Positions 9,622 to 18,247 of a DNA stretch of 64,000 nt are shown here, piece by piece. Made by a program: the position numbers and the translations under genes. The DNA is from Spirochaetia bacterium (GTDB taxonomy: Bacteria > Spirochaetota > Spirochaetia > CAKZLE01): positions 160,001 through 224,000 of the forward strand of contig OY782041.1 in assembly GCA_963677595.1 (NCBI GenBank), written 5' to 3'. The stretch's first letter is position 1. The number at the start of each line of letters is the position of its first letter. Below the pieces are notes generated by a model that saw only the letters and a list, made by a program, of their open reading frames with translations, had not been told where the DNA came from and did no database searches.

Positions 9622-10500
9622 TCAGAGCTTCAGCCGGGAGAGACAGCCGTTCACCAGGCTGAGGTAGCCGATGCCGAAGAGATTCAGGTGATTGAGTGCA
9701 TGGTAGAGCTGGTAGAGCGGTTTCCTTCCCTCGTACCCCGGGTTGAGAGGGAACTCCTCCCGGTAGGCTGCATAGAACTCCTCAGGGAACGAACCGAACA
9801 GTTCAGTCAGCGCGATGTCTGCCTCACGGTCGCCGTAATAGACGGCGGGGTCGATCAGCACAGGCCTGCCTTCCGGGTCGAAGAGGTGGTTCCCACCCCA
9901 CAGGTCGCCGTGCAGCAGCGAGATCTGCTCCGGCTCTGCCAGGTACCTCGTGATATGGTCCATGAGGAAGATGAGCCTGTTCTGTGTCGCTTCATCGAGC
10001 TGGCGTCCCCTGACAGCCCGATCATACTGGTAGCGGAGCCGCTGTTCTAAGAAGAACTCCACCCAGGAGCTCTGCCAGCCGTTCATCTGCGGAGTAGCCC
10101 CGATGTAGTTGTTGATCTGGAACCCGCACCGGGTGTTCCGGCCCTCCCGGTGCAGCCGTGCGAGCAGCCTGCCGAACACGGCATAGAATGCGGGCTGACG
10201 CACCCCGTGCTCGATGAACTCCATGAGGAGGTACTGGTTGCCGTGGATGGAACCGAAACCGAACACCTTCGGTACCAGGAGCCCGTCCGGGGCATGGTCA
10301 GCCAGGGTCTGCAGCCCGGCAGCCTCAGCCTCGAAGAGGTCATAGGGATGCTGCGTGTAGTGCTTGATCACATATTTCCTGCCGGCAGCATCTTCGAACG
10401 TGTAGCTGTCCGATATATCACCGCCCCGCAGGGGCTTGAGGGTCTCCTCCCTCACTGCGATCCCATACCTGTCAGAGATGTCACCAAGGATACGTATCAT
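9622..10500 (-). CDS. Fructosamine/ketosamine-3-kinase family protein
   Basis: GGDIS, FEAEAAGL, NYIGATPQ, LLHGDLWGGN, IDPAVYYGDREADIA. Confidence 0.93.
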   Translation of the reverse strand: MIRILGDISDRYGIAVREETLKPLRGGDISDSYTFEDAAGRKYVIKHYTQHPYDLFEAEAAGLQTLADHAPDGLLVPKVFGFGSIHGNQYLLMEFIEHGVRQPAFYAVFGRLLARLHREGRNTRCGFQINNYIGATPQMNGWQSSWVEFFLEQRLRYQYDRAVRGRQLDEATQNRLIFLMDHITRYLAEPEQISLLHGDLWGGNHLFDPEGRPVLIDPAVYYGDREADIALTELFGSFPEEFYAAYREEFPLNPGYEGRKPLYQLYHALNHLNLFGIGYLSLVNGCLSRLKL

Positions 10501-10964
10501 ACTGTTCCCTCCTGGATCCTGTCTATGATTATATCACAGGTTCTCAACAACATCAGCAGAACCTGGTCGAATCCCTCAGGACCGCCGTAGTAGGGATCGG
10601 GGACATCGCCCGGGCCTTCAGGGTCGAAGGAGCGGAACATCCGCACCTTGCGGCGATCCCCATCAGAGCCTGCCATACGGAGGAGGTCGGTATGGTTCTC
10701 CCGGTCCATCGCCAGGATGAGGTCATACCGGGAGAAGTCGGAAGATGTGAACTGACGGGAACGGTGGTCGATCCTGATCCCGTACCGCTTCGCGGTCTCC
10801 CGCATCCGCGTATCGGACTGCTGCCCGACATGGAAGGAGCAGGTCCCCGATGATTCCGAGGCTATATCCCCGGCAAGCCCGCGCGCTGCAAGCCGGCTGT
10901 CGAACACAGCCTGTGCCGCCGGCGAGCGGCATATATTTCCAAGACAGACGAACATCACTCTCAT
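10497..10964 (-). CDS. Low-molecular-weight protein-tyrosine phosphatase
   Basis: VCLGNICRSP, DVPDPYYG; ATGA overlap with the kinase. Confidence 0.95.
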   Translation of the reverse strand: MRVMFVCLGNICRSPAAQAVFDSRLAARGLAGDIASESSGTCSFHVGQQSDTRMRETAKRYGIRIDHRSRQFTSSDFSRYDLILAMDRENHTDLLRMAGSDGDRRKVRMFRSFDPEGPGDVPDPYYGGPEGFDQVLLMLLRTCDIIIDRIQEGTV

Positions 10965-11009
10965 ACCTTACCTTATCATACCCTCAGGCTATGCTCAAAT
11001 GGAATCTCA

Positions 11010-11038
11010 TTGACCATAATCGAATCCTGTACTAGAGT
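11010..11038 (+). promoter_or_regulatory. Sigma70 promoter of the folC operon (leaderless geometry)
   Basis: TTGACC-N17-TAGAGT, then 7 nt to ATG 11046. Confidence 0.65.
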
Positions 11039-11045
11039 ATCGGGT

Positions 11046-12383
11046 ATGAAATTCACTGACTTCGACAGCGCATGTGCCCATATTGAATCCTTCACCAACC
11101 TTGCCAAGAGCATGAACTATACGGTACGGACCTACCGACTTGACAGGATGCAGGCCCTCCTTGACCATTTCGACCACCCTGAAACCGATTTCAAGGCGAT
11201 CCATGTTGCCGGCTCGAAGGGCAAGGGGTCCACTGCCCTTTTCATTGCGGAGGGACTGACTGCCATAGGGTACCGGACCGGCCTCTACAGTTCCCCCCAT
11301 GTCACGAGCTACCGCGAGCGGTTCACCCTGAGCGGCCTCTTCTTCGACGACCATTTCCTCCTCTCGACGGCCAACTTCATGCTCGAGGGGCTCAAGCAGT
11401 TCCACTTCCAGGAGGAGTACGGCTACACCTCCCCCACGACCTTCGAGCTGCTCACCCTGCTCGGGTTCCTCCTCTTCTCGAGAAGCGGCTGTGACTATGC
11501 CGTGATCGAGACGGGGCTCGGCGGCAGGCTCGACGCGACCAACGTGGTCACGCCGGTCATGTCGGTGATCACCCCCATCGAGCTTGAGCATACGGCGATC
11601 CTCGGCGACACCATCGCCGCGATCGCAGGGGAGAAGGCCGGCATCATCAAGCCGGGAGTACCGGTCACGGTCTCCCTGCAGCACCCTGATGCCAGGGAGG
11701 TCATCGCCCGTCGTGCAGAGGAGCTCGGCTGTGCCTGTTCGTTCCTCGAGGACTGCATCAGCTCCATCAGGAGCAGTACCGACACCATGGGGGAGCAGAC
11801 CGCAATCACCTGGCAGAACGGGATCAGGGACTCCCTCATTCTCGCGATGCGGGGGAGCTTTCAGGCGGAGAATGCCGCGACCGCACTCCATGTACTGCGG
11901 ACCCTCGAGCTCTTCGACCCGGAACGTTCCCTCCCGGCGATCGCCCGGGCGAAACTCCCCGGGCGGCTGGAGCTGATCAGGGAGAATCCCTCGATCTTCA
12001 TCGACGGGGCCCACACCGAACGGTCGGTCAGCCGGGTCTTCGCATCATTCAGGTCCCTCTTCCCGACAGGCGGCGTACTCATCTTCGGGGCGGTCGAGGG
12101 CAAGAACCATGCACGGATGGCGGAACTCGCCCTCGAGTACTTCAACAAGATCATCATCTCCACCCCCGGGAGCTTCAAGAAGAGTGACCCTGCAGCACTC
12201 TATGACCTCTTCTGCGACAGGATCGCGGCGAACAGCCTCAAGGAGATCGATATTCGCCTGGTGCAGGACCCCTCCGAGGCCCTGGACAGGGCATTCGAGA
12301 TGGCAGAGGAGCACCATGGAGTCATTCTCACCACCGGTTCGTTTTATATGGCCGCTGAGATACGGAATTTAGTATGTTTATAG
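11046..12383 (+). CDS. folC: Folylpolyglutamate synthase / dihydrofolate synthase
   Basis: HVAGSKGKGST, ETGLGGRLDATN, EKAGIIK, PGRLE, DGAH, TGSFY. Confidence 0.95.
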   Translation: MKFTDFDSACAHIESFTNLAKSMNYTVRTYRLDRMQALLDHFDHPETDFKAIHVAGSKGKGSTALFIAEGLTAIGYRTGLYSSPHVTSYRERFTLSGLFFDDHFLLSTANFMLEGLKQFHFQEEYGYTSPTTFELLTLLGFLLFSRSGCDYAVIETGLGGRLDATNVVTPVMSVITPIELEHTAILGDTIAAIAGEKAGIIKPGVPVTVSLQHPDAREVIARRAEELGCACSFLEDCISSIRSSTDTMGEQTAITWQNGIRDSLILAMRGSFQAENAATALHVLRTLELFDPERSLPAIARAKLPGRLELIRENPSIFIDGAHTERSVSRVFASFRSLFPTGGVLIFGAVEGKNHARMAELALEYFNKIIISTPGSFKKSDPAALYDLFCDRIAANSLKEIDIRLVQDPSEALDRAFEMAEEHHGVILTTGSFYMAAEIRNLVCL

Positions 12384-12399
12384 GAGGAGTCCTATTCTT

Positions 12400-12960
12400 A
12401 TGCATGAACTGATCCCCGGGATCTGCTACAGCTGCACTGCAGACATCACACAGGTACACGCCAAGGCCATCGTCAATGCGGCGAACTCCACCCTGCTCGG
12501 AGGAGGAGGCGTGGACGGGGCGATCCATGCCGCGGCAGGGCCGACCCTGCTGGCAGCCTGCAGGCAGCTCAGGGAACGGCAGTACCCGGACGGCCTGCCG
12601 ATCGGGGAAGCCGTATCGACCCATGCGGGGAGGCTTCCTGCAGAGTTTGTCATCCATACCGTCGGGCCCGTCTGGCATGGCGGGAAGCAGGGGGAACCCG
12701 GGCTGCTGGCTGCAGCCTACCGGAACTCCCTCAAGGAGGCAGAACGCCTCGGCTGCACCTCCATCGCATTCCCGGCAGTCTCGACCGGGGTCTACGGGTA
12801 TCCCCGGGACCTGGCCGCTGGGATCGTACGGGATACGATCTGCACCTATATCCGCGAGACTGCTGCCCCCGTGAAGATCTTCCTCGTCTTCTTCTCACAC
12901 CATGACGAGCAGGTCTTCCGTTCAGTCTTCGAACGAACAGGGGTATCGCCATGTCGCTGA
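12400..12960 (+). CDS. MacroD-type macrodomain (O-acetyl-ADP-ribose deacetylase, YmdB-like)
   Basis: ADIT, IVNAANSTLLGGGGVDGAIH, HTVGP, FPAVSTGVYGYP. Confidence 0.93.
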   Translation: MHELIPGICYSCTADITQVHAKAIVNAANSTLLGGGGVDGAIHAAAGPTLLAACRQLRERQYPDGLPIGEAVSTHAGRLPAEFVIHTVGPVWHGGKQGEPGLLAAAYRNSLKEAERLGCTSIAFPAVSTGVYGYPRDLAAGIVRDTICTYIRETAAPVKIFLVFFSHHDEQVFRSVFERTGVSPCR

Positions 12961-14411
12961 ACTGGCAGGAGATCGACCTGGTCCTCACAGAGCTCTCACT
13001 CGAAGGGGCCTTCATCCAGAAGATCAGGCAGCCGAACTACCACAGCATCCTCCTCGATATCTACTCTCCCGGGAGCGGGAGGTACCCCCTGCTCATCGAG
13101 CTGGCCTCTGGGGGCTGCCGCCTCGGCAGGCTCTCCGAGGGGACTCCCTACCGGAAGACGGTCAAGCTCCAGCGGTTCGCCCAGCTGCTGCGGTCCCGGG
13201 CCCAGGGAGGGCGGATCACCTCCGCCTCCCAGGAGGGGTCGGAACGGGTCATCAGGCTGTCAGTCTCGAAGGCGGAGGTCGAGACCATCCTCTACATCAG
13301 GCTCTGGAGCAATGCCGCGAACATCATCGCGGTCGATACCGGCGGTACGATCTTGGATGCCTTCTACCGGAGACCCGGGAAGCAGGAGACATCAGGGCTC
13401 CAGTACCAACCGGTACCGAAGCATGGTGATTCCCTCCGATCCGCCCGGTTCACGGTCAGGGACTCCTATGCCGCAGTCGAGGGGCAGATGAGCTTCAACG
13501 AGTTCATCGAGCGAGAGTATGAGACGGAGACGACCGAACGGATGGCAGCAGAACTCCTCGGCCAGGCGACGGCCCTGCTCGAACAGGAGTACAACCGGTC
13601 GGAACTCGGGCTGAAGAAGAAACTCGAAGAGCGTGAGAAGCTCGCAGCATTCGAGCAGAACCGCCATTACGGGGACCTGCTCTCTGCATACCGGCACACG
13701 ATCGAGCCCCATGCCGAGTGGGCACGTGTCCCTGACTATGATGACGGGAACCGGGAGGTCTCCATACGGTTGGATCCCCGCAAGAGCCCCGGCGAGAACA
13801 TCGAGGCCTACTACGCAGCCTACCATAAGGCCAGGGGTGCCTATGACCGGCTGGAAGAGGAGATCGTCTTCCTGCGCCGGCAGATGCAGGAGACGAAGGA
13901 CGAACTCGAGACCCTCCGTTCCGATGATGAGGAGCATACGGAAGGGTTCATTGCCCGGCTGAAGTCCATCATCTCACGGCACAGCCGGGTACAGAAGGCT
14001 GCAGACGGGAAGGGCCCGGCCCCGGGCCTCCAGTTCACCTCCGGGATCTATACGATCCTCGTAGGGAGGACCGCGAAGGAGAACGATGCCCTGCTCCGAA
14101 GCTGGACACGCGGGAACGACTACTGGCTCCATACCCGGGACTACCCGGGCGGGTATGTCTTCATCAAGTTCCTCCCGGGGAAGAGTGTCCCGCTCGAGAC
14201 GATACTTGACGCGGGGAACCTGGCAGTCTACTATTCCAAGGCACGGAACGGCGGGAAGGCTGATCTCTATTATACCCAGGTGAAGCACCTCAGGCGTGCG
14301 AAACACGGGAATCTCGGGACGGTGCTCCCGACCCACGAGAAGAACATTTCCATCGAGCTTGACCAGGTGAGGCTCGACAGGCTCTTTACAGGAGGGCAGC
14401 AGGATGCATAG
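12951..14411 (+). CDS. rqcH: NFACT/FbpA-family protein (RqcH, ribosome quality control)
   Basis: N-terminal IQKIRQP...FAQLLRS, coiled coil with LDPRKSPGENIEAYY, NFACT-R GRTAKEND...WLHTRDYPGGYV...AVYYSK. Confidence 0.85.
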   Translation: MSLNWQEIDLVLTELSLEGAFIQKIRQPNYHSILLDIYSPGSGRYPLLIELASGGCRLGRLSEGTPYRKTVKLQRFAQLLRSRAQGGRITSASQEGSERVIRLSVSKAEVETILYIRLWSNAANIIAVDTGGTILDAFYRRPGKQETSGLQYQPVPKHGDSLRSARFTVRDSYAAVEGQMSFNEFIEREYETETTERMAAELLGQATALLEQEYNRSELGLKKKLEEREKLAAFEQNRHYGDLLSAYRHTIEPHAEWARVPDYDDGNREVSIRLDPRKSPGENIEAYYAAYHKARGAYDRLEEEIVFLRRQMQETKDELETLRSDDEEHTEGFIARLKSIISRHSRVQKAADGKGPAPGLQFTSGIYTILVGRTAKENDALLRSWTRGNDYWLHTRDYPGGYVFIKFLPGKSVPLETILDAGNLAVYYSKARNGGKADLYYTQVKHLRRAKHGNLGTVLPTHEKNISIELDQVRLDRLFTGGQQDA

Positions 14412-15240
14412 ATCACTCACCGCAGGAATCTTCTACCCTGAAGATCCCGCAGCACTGAGGAGGCAGCTCCAGGAGAACTTCCTCGAGTACGAGGAGAGGA
14501 TACCGCTCCCGGCGGCCCTCTTCATCCCCCATGCAGCCTATGAATACGTCCTGCCGTTCACCGCGGGCGCGTTCGCCCCCTTCACCAGGGAGAACCCGTC
14601 ACGGGTCATCCTCCTGGCCCCGATCCACGGGGATATCCTCAAGGAGGATGCGCCGAAGACACTCTTCCTCCCTTCGTCAACGAGCATCACGACGCCCTTG
14701 GGCGATATGGCCATAGACCAGGATCTCTGCGAACAGCTCGACGGGGTGCACCCGAGTATCGGCTTCGGGGACCACTACTTCGACGAGGAGACGGCGGTGG
14801 AACTTGCCGTCCCGCCGCTGCAGTTCCTCTTCGAAGGGGCACAGCTCATCCCGATCCTTGCCGGGGAGACGACTGCGGCGACAGCCGCGGCCCTCGCTGC
14901 GATCATCACCCCCCTCGTTGATGAGGAGACCCTGGTGATCATCAGTACGAACCTGACGGGCTGGGACCGGAAGGAACTCCTCGAGGATGAGGCCAGCCTG
15001 CTGCTCGACACCCTCAGGACCGCGAGCCGGGATTCACGCCCTCCCCTTATGGAGCTCTACAGGAAGAAGCGGATCACTGCCTGCGGCACGGTCCTCTTCG
15101 ATGCGCTCCACAGGACCGGGCTCTGTACCGGTCCCTGGCAGGTCCCGGACCGGGAGCAGCCCGTGATCGGGGACCTGATCGATGATCGGAGATCCACCCG
15201 CTATGGATCAGGATATATGCCGCTGGAGTCCAGAATATGA
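14404..15240 (+). CDS. Memo-like / AmmeMemoRadiSam protein B (degenerate)
   Basis: AGIFYP, PHAAY, LAPIH, TPLG, TACG; the EHS and SSDLSH motifs are diverged. Confidence 0.75.
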   Translation: MHRSLTAGIFYPEDPAALRRQLQENFLEYEERIPLPAALFIPHAAYEYVLPFTAGAFAPFTRENPSRVILLAPIHGDILKEDAPKTLFLPSSTSITTPLGDMAIDQDLCEQLDGVHPSIGFGDHYFDEETAVELAVPPLQFLFEGAQLIPILAGETTAATAAALAAIITPLVDEETLVIISTNLTGWDRKELLEDEASLLLDTLRTASRDSRPPLMELYRKKRITACGTVLFDALHRTGLCTGPWQVPDREQPVIGDLIDDRRSTRYGSGYMPLESRI

Positions 15241-16574
15241 ACACGAACATCATCACAGAAGACGGGACCACCCTCATCCCATTGACCCTCGCATCCTTCC
15301 CGCTTCCCCGCAAACTCCTGCAGGGAGGGCATGAGAAGGGTGCTGTCATCACCGGGGACCAGATCGAGGCCTGGAACTGGCACGGCTTCAGGGAACTTGA
15401 CGGGGTCCGCTATGTCCGCTGCGACGAGATCGGACTCGAACCGCTCGAGACGATCTTCTCGATGCCGGAAAAGAAGGGGTTGGAGAGGATCTCAGACCTT
15501 GCCCATGCCCTGGGGAAACTCAGCGGGGATGCAGCACTTACGGGCTACTTCATGTTCGGGGAGATCTTCCTCACCGATACTGGAGGATTCCTCATCCTCC
15601 CGGCAACCCTGCGAGAGATCATGGGTGCCTCAAGGAGCGAAGAGGAGCTCTTCGAGGAGAGAGGGCAATGGAGCAACCCGAAATATTACGGGGAGCAGGC
15701 ACTCGCCTTCGAACTCACCGCCATGGCCTATGCCCTCCTCAATGGGGGGAAGAGTCCCGCTGCACCTTCGCAGATGCGTCAGGACTCCTACCAGGCACTA
15801 CCGATCGAACTACTGCGACAGGGAATCGACGGAACGTTCGCTTCCTTCTTCGCTACCCGCCTATCGCGGCGGCAGGAGATCGATGCGACCCTCACCGAGT
15901 GGGAAACGGCGTTCGATGCGGTACGGGACCTGCCAAGCGGATCATGGAAGGCGGACTCGGAGGCAGCTGCTGAATACATCGGGCGGCAGGAGAAGCGTGC
16001 AAAGAGGAAGGAATCATTGCGGATCCACCGGGTCCGGAACATGGTGCTGGCAACGCTGACGGTCGTCTGTATCGGCATCGCCTATTCTGTGATCTCCGCG
16101 ATGCTCGAACCCCCGCTAACCGCAGGGATGGATGCCCGCGAGGTCGTGAACTTCTATTACGATGCACATAACAATCTGGATGCCCTCGCTGCAGAGGATA
16201 CCCTGGCGAAGGGTGTCGACAACCCAGCCGAGCAGACCCTTACCTACCTCCATGTGACCACCTCGGTACGGCAGGCCTACGAGTTCGATTCAGGATTCAT
16301 CCCGGCCGATGATTGGGTCGCTGCAGGGAAACCAGATCTCGATGCAGGGAAGGTGGTCTACGGTATCACCGACCTGGAACTCGAATGGCTGGATTCAGTT
16401 ACGGTCCGCGCCGAGTACCTGTTGTGGAGTCCCCTCTTCCCCGATGAGGATACGATGGAGCGGGCTACTCCGGCAGAAGCCGCACGGATCGTTGAGGAGC
16501 TTGACCTTGCCCTCAACGGCAAGTACTGGGAGATCACTGAGATCAGGAGGATCTCGGCTGAAGCAGTTCAGTGA
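15237..16574 (+). CDS. Hypothetical bitopic membrane protein (cytoplasmic domain, one TM helix, extracytoplasmic domain)
   Basis: 445-aa ORF with ATGA overlap to Memo; basic stretch RQEKRAKRKE then TM VLATLTVVCIGIAYSVI. Confidence 0.75.
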   Translation: MNTNIITEDGTTLIPLTLASFPLPRKLLQGGHEKGAVITGDQIEAWNWHGFRELDGVRYVRCDEIGLEPLETIFSMPEKKGLERISDLAHALGKLSGDAALTGYFMFGEIFLTDTGGFLILPATLREIMGASRSEEELFEERGQWSNPKYYGEQALAFELTAMAYALLNGGKSPAAPSQMRQDSYQALPIELLRQGIDGTFASFFATRLSRRQEIDATLTEWETAFDAVRDLPSGSWKADSEAAAEYIGRQEKRAKRKESLRIHRVRNMVLATLTVVCIGIAYSVISAMLEPPLTAGMDAREVVNFYYDAHNNLDALAAEDTLAKGVDNPAEQTLTYLHVTTSVRQAYEFDSGFIPADDWVAAGKPDLDAGKVVYGITDLELEWLDSVTVRAEYLLWSPLFPDEDTMERATPAEAARIVEELDLALNGKYWEITEIRRISAEAVQ

Positions 16575-17469
16575 CCCTGCCCGTATCATCGGGATGGACC
16601 CAGTGGACACCCGGGAGGGATCGGAAGAAGGTCATCTGCCGTTTGGCGTACCGCCTGCTGTTCTGCCTGATGAGCCCGGCGATTCCGGTGAGCGAGAGTT
16701 CTCCCGCCTGGCGGGCGATGAAGAACTCACGGTAGCCAATTCCGTTCATACCCGGCCACTGAGCCCCGGCACCCGCTGAGATCAGTGACCTCACCTCTTC
16801 GACGAGCCCGGCATCGAACATCATCCCGACCCGCTGGTCTATCCGTGCATAGAGCTCATCACGCTCCCGTTCGAGTCCGATGATCACCGGGTCGTAGAGC
16901 GGTTCTTCCGAGCCTGTCACGGGAAATGAGGAGAGGGGGTTCCCGCTGGTACGGTAGACCTCGAGAGCCCGTTGGATACGGTAGCTGTCCGACGGGTGGA
17001 TCCTCTTCGCACTCACCGGGTCGACAGCTGCCAGCTCCTCATAGAGTCGTGCCGTCCCTGAGGCTTCTGCCTCCTGTGCCAGTCCTGCCCGAACGGCAGG
17101 GTCAGAGGGAGGCGCCTGCGGCAGCCCGTAGAGGAGATGCTTGAAATAGAAGGCCGTACCGCCTGAGACCACGGGGACTGAGCCCCGGGCTGTTATCTCC
17201 TCGATGAGGAGTGTCGCCCTGCTGACGAACTCCCCGAGGGTGAACTGCTCCCAGGGGTCGAGGATATCAATGAGGTGGTGCGGCAGACGTTCCAGGATTT
17301 CTTTTTCCGGTTTGGCCGACCCGATATCGAGGCCTCGGTAGACCTGCATCGAATCAGCATTGATCACTTCATAGCCAGTTGAGAAGAGGTCTGACAACAG
17401 GGCGGTCTTGCCGACCCCCGTCGGACCGAACAGGAAGACCAGGTCGCTATTCTTCTTCGTTACGCTCAT
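16543..17469 (-). CDS. miaA: tRNA dimethylallyltransferase
   Basis: GPTGVGKT, ADSMQVYRGLDIGSAKP, RRYAKRQMTFF. Confidence 0.97.
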   Translation of the reverse strand: MSVTKKNSDLVFLFGPTGVGKTALLSDLFSTGYEVINADSMQVYRGLDIGSAKPEKEILERLPHHLIDILDPWEQFTLGEFVSRATLLIEEITARGSVPVVSGGTAFYFKHLLYGLPQAPPSDPAVRAGLAQEAEASGTARLYEELAAVDPVSAKRIHPSDSYRIQRALEVYRTSGNPLSSFPVTGSEEPLYDPVIIGLERERDELYARIDQRVGMMFDAGLVEEVRSLISAGAGAQWPGMNGIGYREFFIARQAGELSLTGIAGLIRQNSRRYAKRQMTFFRSLPGVHWVHPDDTGRVTELLQPRSS

Positions 17470-17647
17470 ATTCGACAGTATTGTTCAGGACCTCTGTCAA
17501 TGATGCCGATACTACTTTCTCGCCCTGCTCCACGAGCTCGTCTTCTTCACCGCGCCGGGTGATCTTCTGGGCGTTCTTGATCGCTACGCAGGTCATCTCA
17601 TAGCTGTTACGCTCTTTATTTACCAACAAATCGAGTGGGATACTCAC
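17447..17647 (-). CDS. rpoZ: RNA polymerase omega subunit (spirochaete type)
   Basis: 66 aa, NSYEMTCVAIK...KVVSASLTEV, AAGGAG RBS; position after yicC and a kinase. Confidence 0.75.
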   Translation of the reverse strand: MSIPLDLLVNKERNSYEMTCVAIKNAQKITRRGEEDELVEQGEKVVSASLTEVLNNTVEYERNEEE

Positions 17648-17718
17648 GCATGTTCTCCTTATTCCCTTCTGGGATCAGATCATTATACTAAATCAGGTGA
17701 GGAATGTATAGACCGGCC

Positions 17719-18234
17719 CTAAGGGAGCTCCCCGATCCGTTCCAGAATCAGGTCCACGATCTCCTCAGGGCCGTGATGCTCCGTATCGATCACGAGATCG
17801 GCTATGGAGGTGTCATGGTTGTCGATACCGTAGATCCGTAAGTACCGGGCACTATCTGCCTCATCGCGGGCCTGGGTCTCACGCAGCTTCGCCTCCCCGT
17901 CACCGCCTTCGCGCCTGCAGATCCTCTTTGCCCGCACCTCCTCAGATGCGTCGAGGAACACCTTGAGGTCGGCCTCCTTCAGCATCCAGATAGCCAGGCG
18001 GGACCCGAGGACGCAGTCCCCCTTCCGTGCCAGCTCTACCTGGTGGTTGTCCAGCTCGATATCATAGGAGTCATCGAGCTCAGCCCGTCTCCTGAGTTCG
18101 CTGAACTCCAGCCCCTTGTCCTCCGCCATCATGCGGAAGGTGTAATTGATCCATGCCACGCCCAGCCGCTCGGCTAAGAGCTTGCTCACCGTGGTGTTCC
18201 CGCACCCGCTCTTTCCTGAAATCGCTATCTTCAC
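17719..18234 (-). CDS. Short archaeal-type cytidylate kinase-like protein
   Basis: IAISGKSGCGNTT, GSRLAIW, ADLKVFL, RYLRIYGID. Confidence 0.85.
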   Translation of the reverse strand: MKIAISGKSGCGNTTVSKLLAERLGVAWINYTFRMMAEDKGLEFSELRRRAELDDSYDIELDNHQVELARKGDCVLGSRLAIWMLKEADLKVFLDASEEVRAKRICRREGGDGEAKLRETQARDEADSARYLRIYGIDNHDTSIADLVIDTEHHGPEEIVDLILERIGELP

Positions 18235-18247
18235 TCGTAACTCCAGC

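Noticed and set aside
15425-15450. tRNA T-arm-like string (GGACTCGAACC; a similar one near 49740)
   Set aside because: Inside coding sequence, and no cloverleaf can be built
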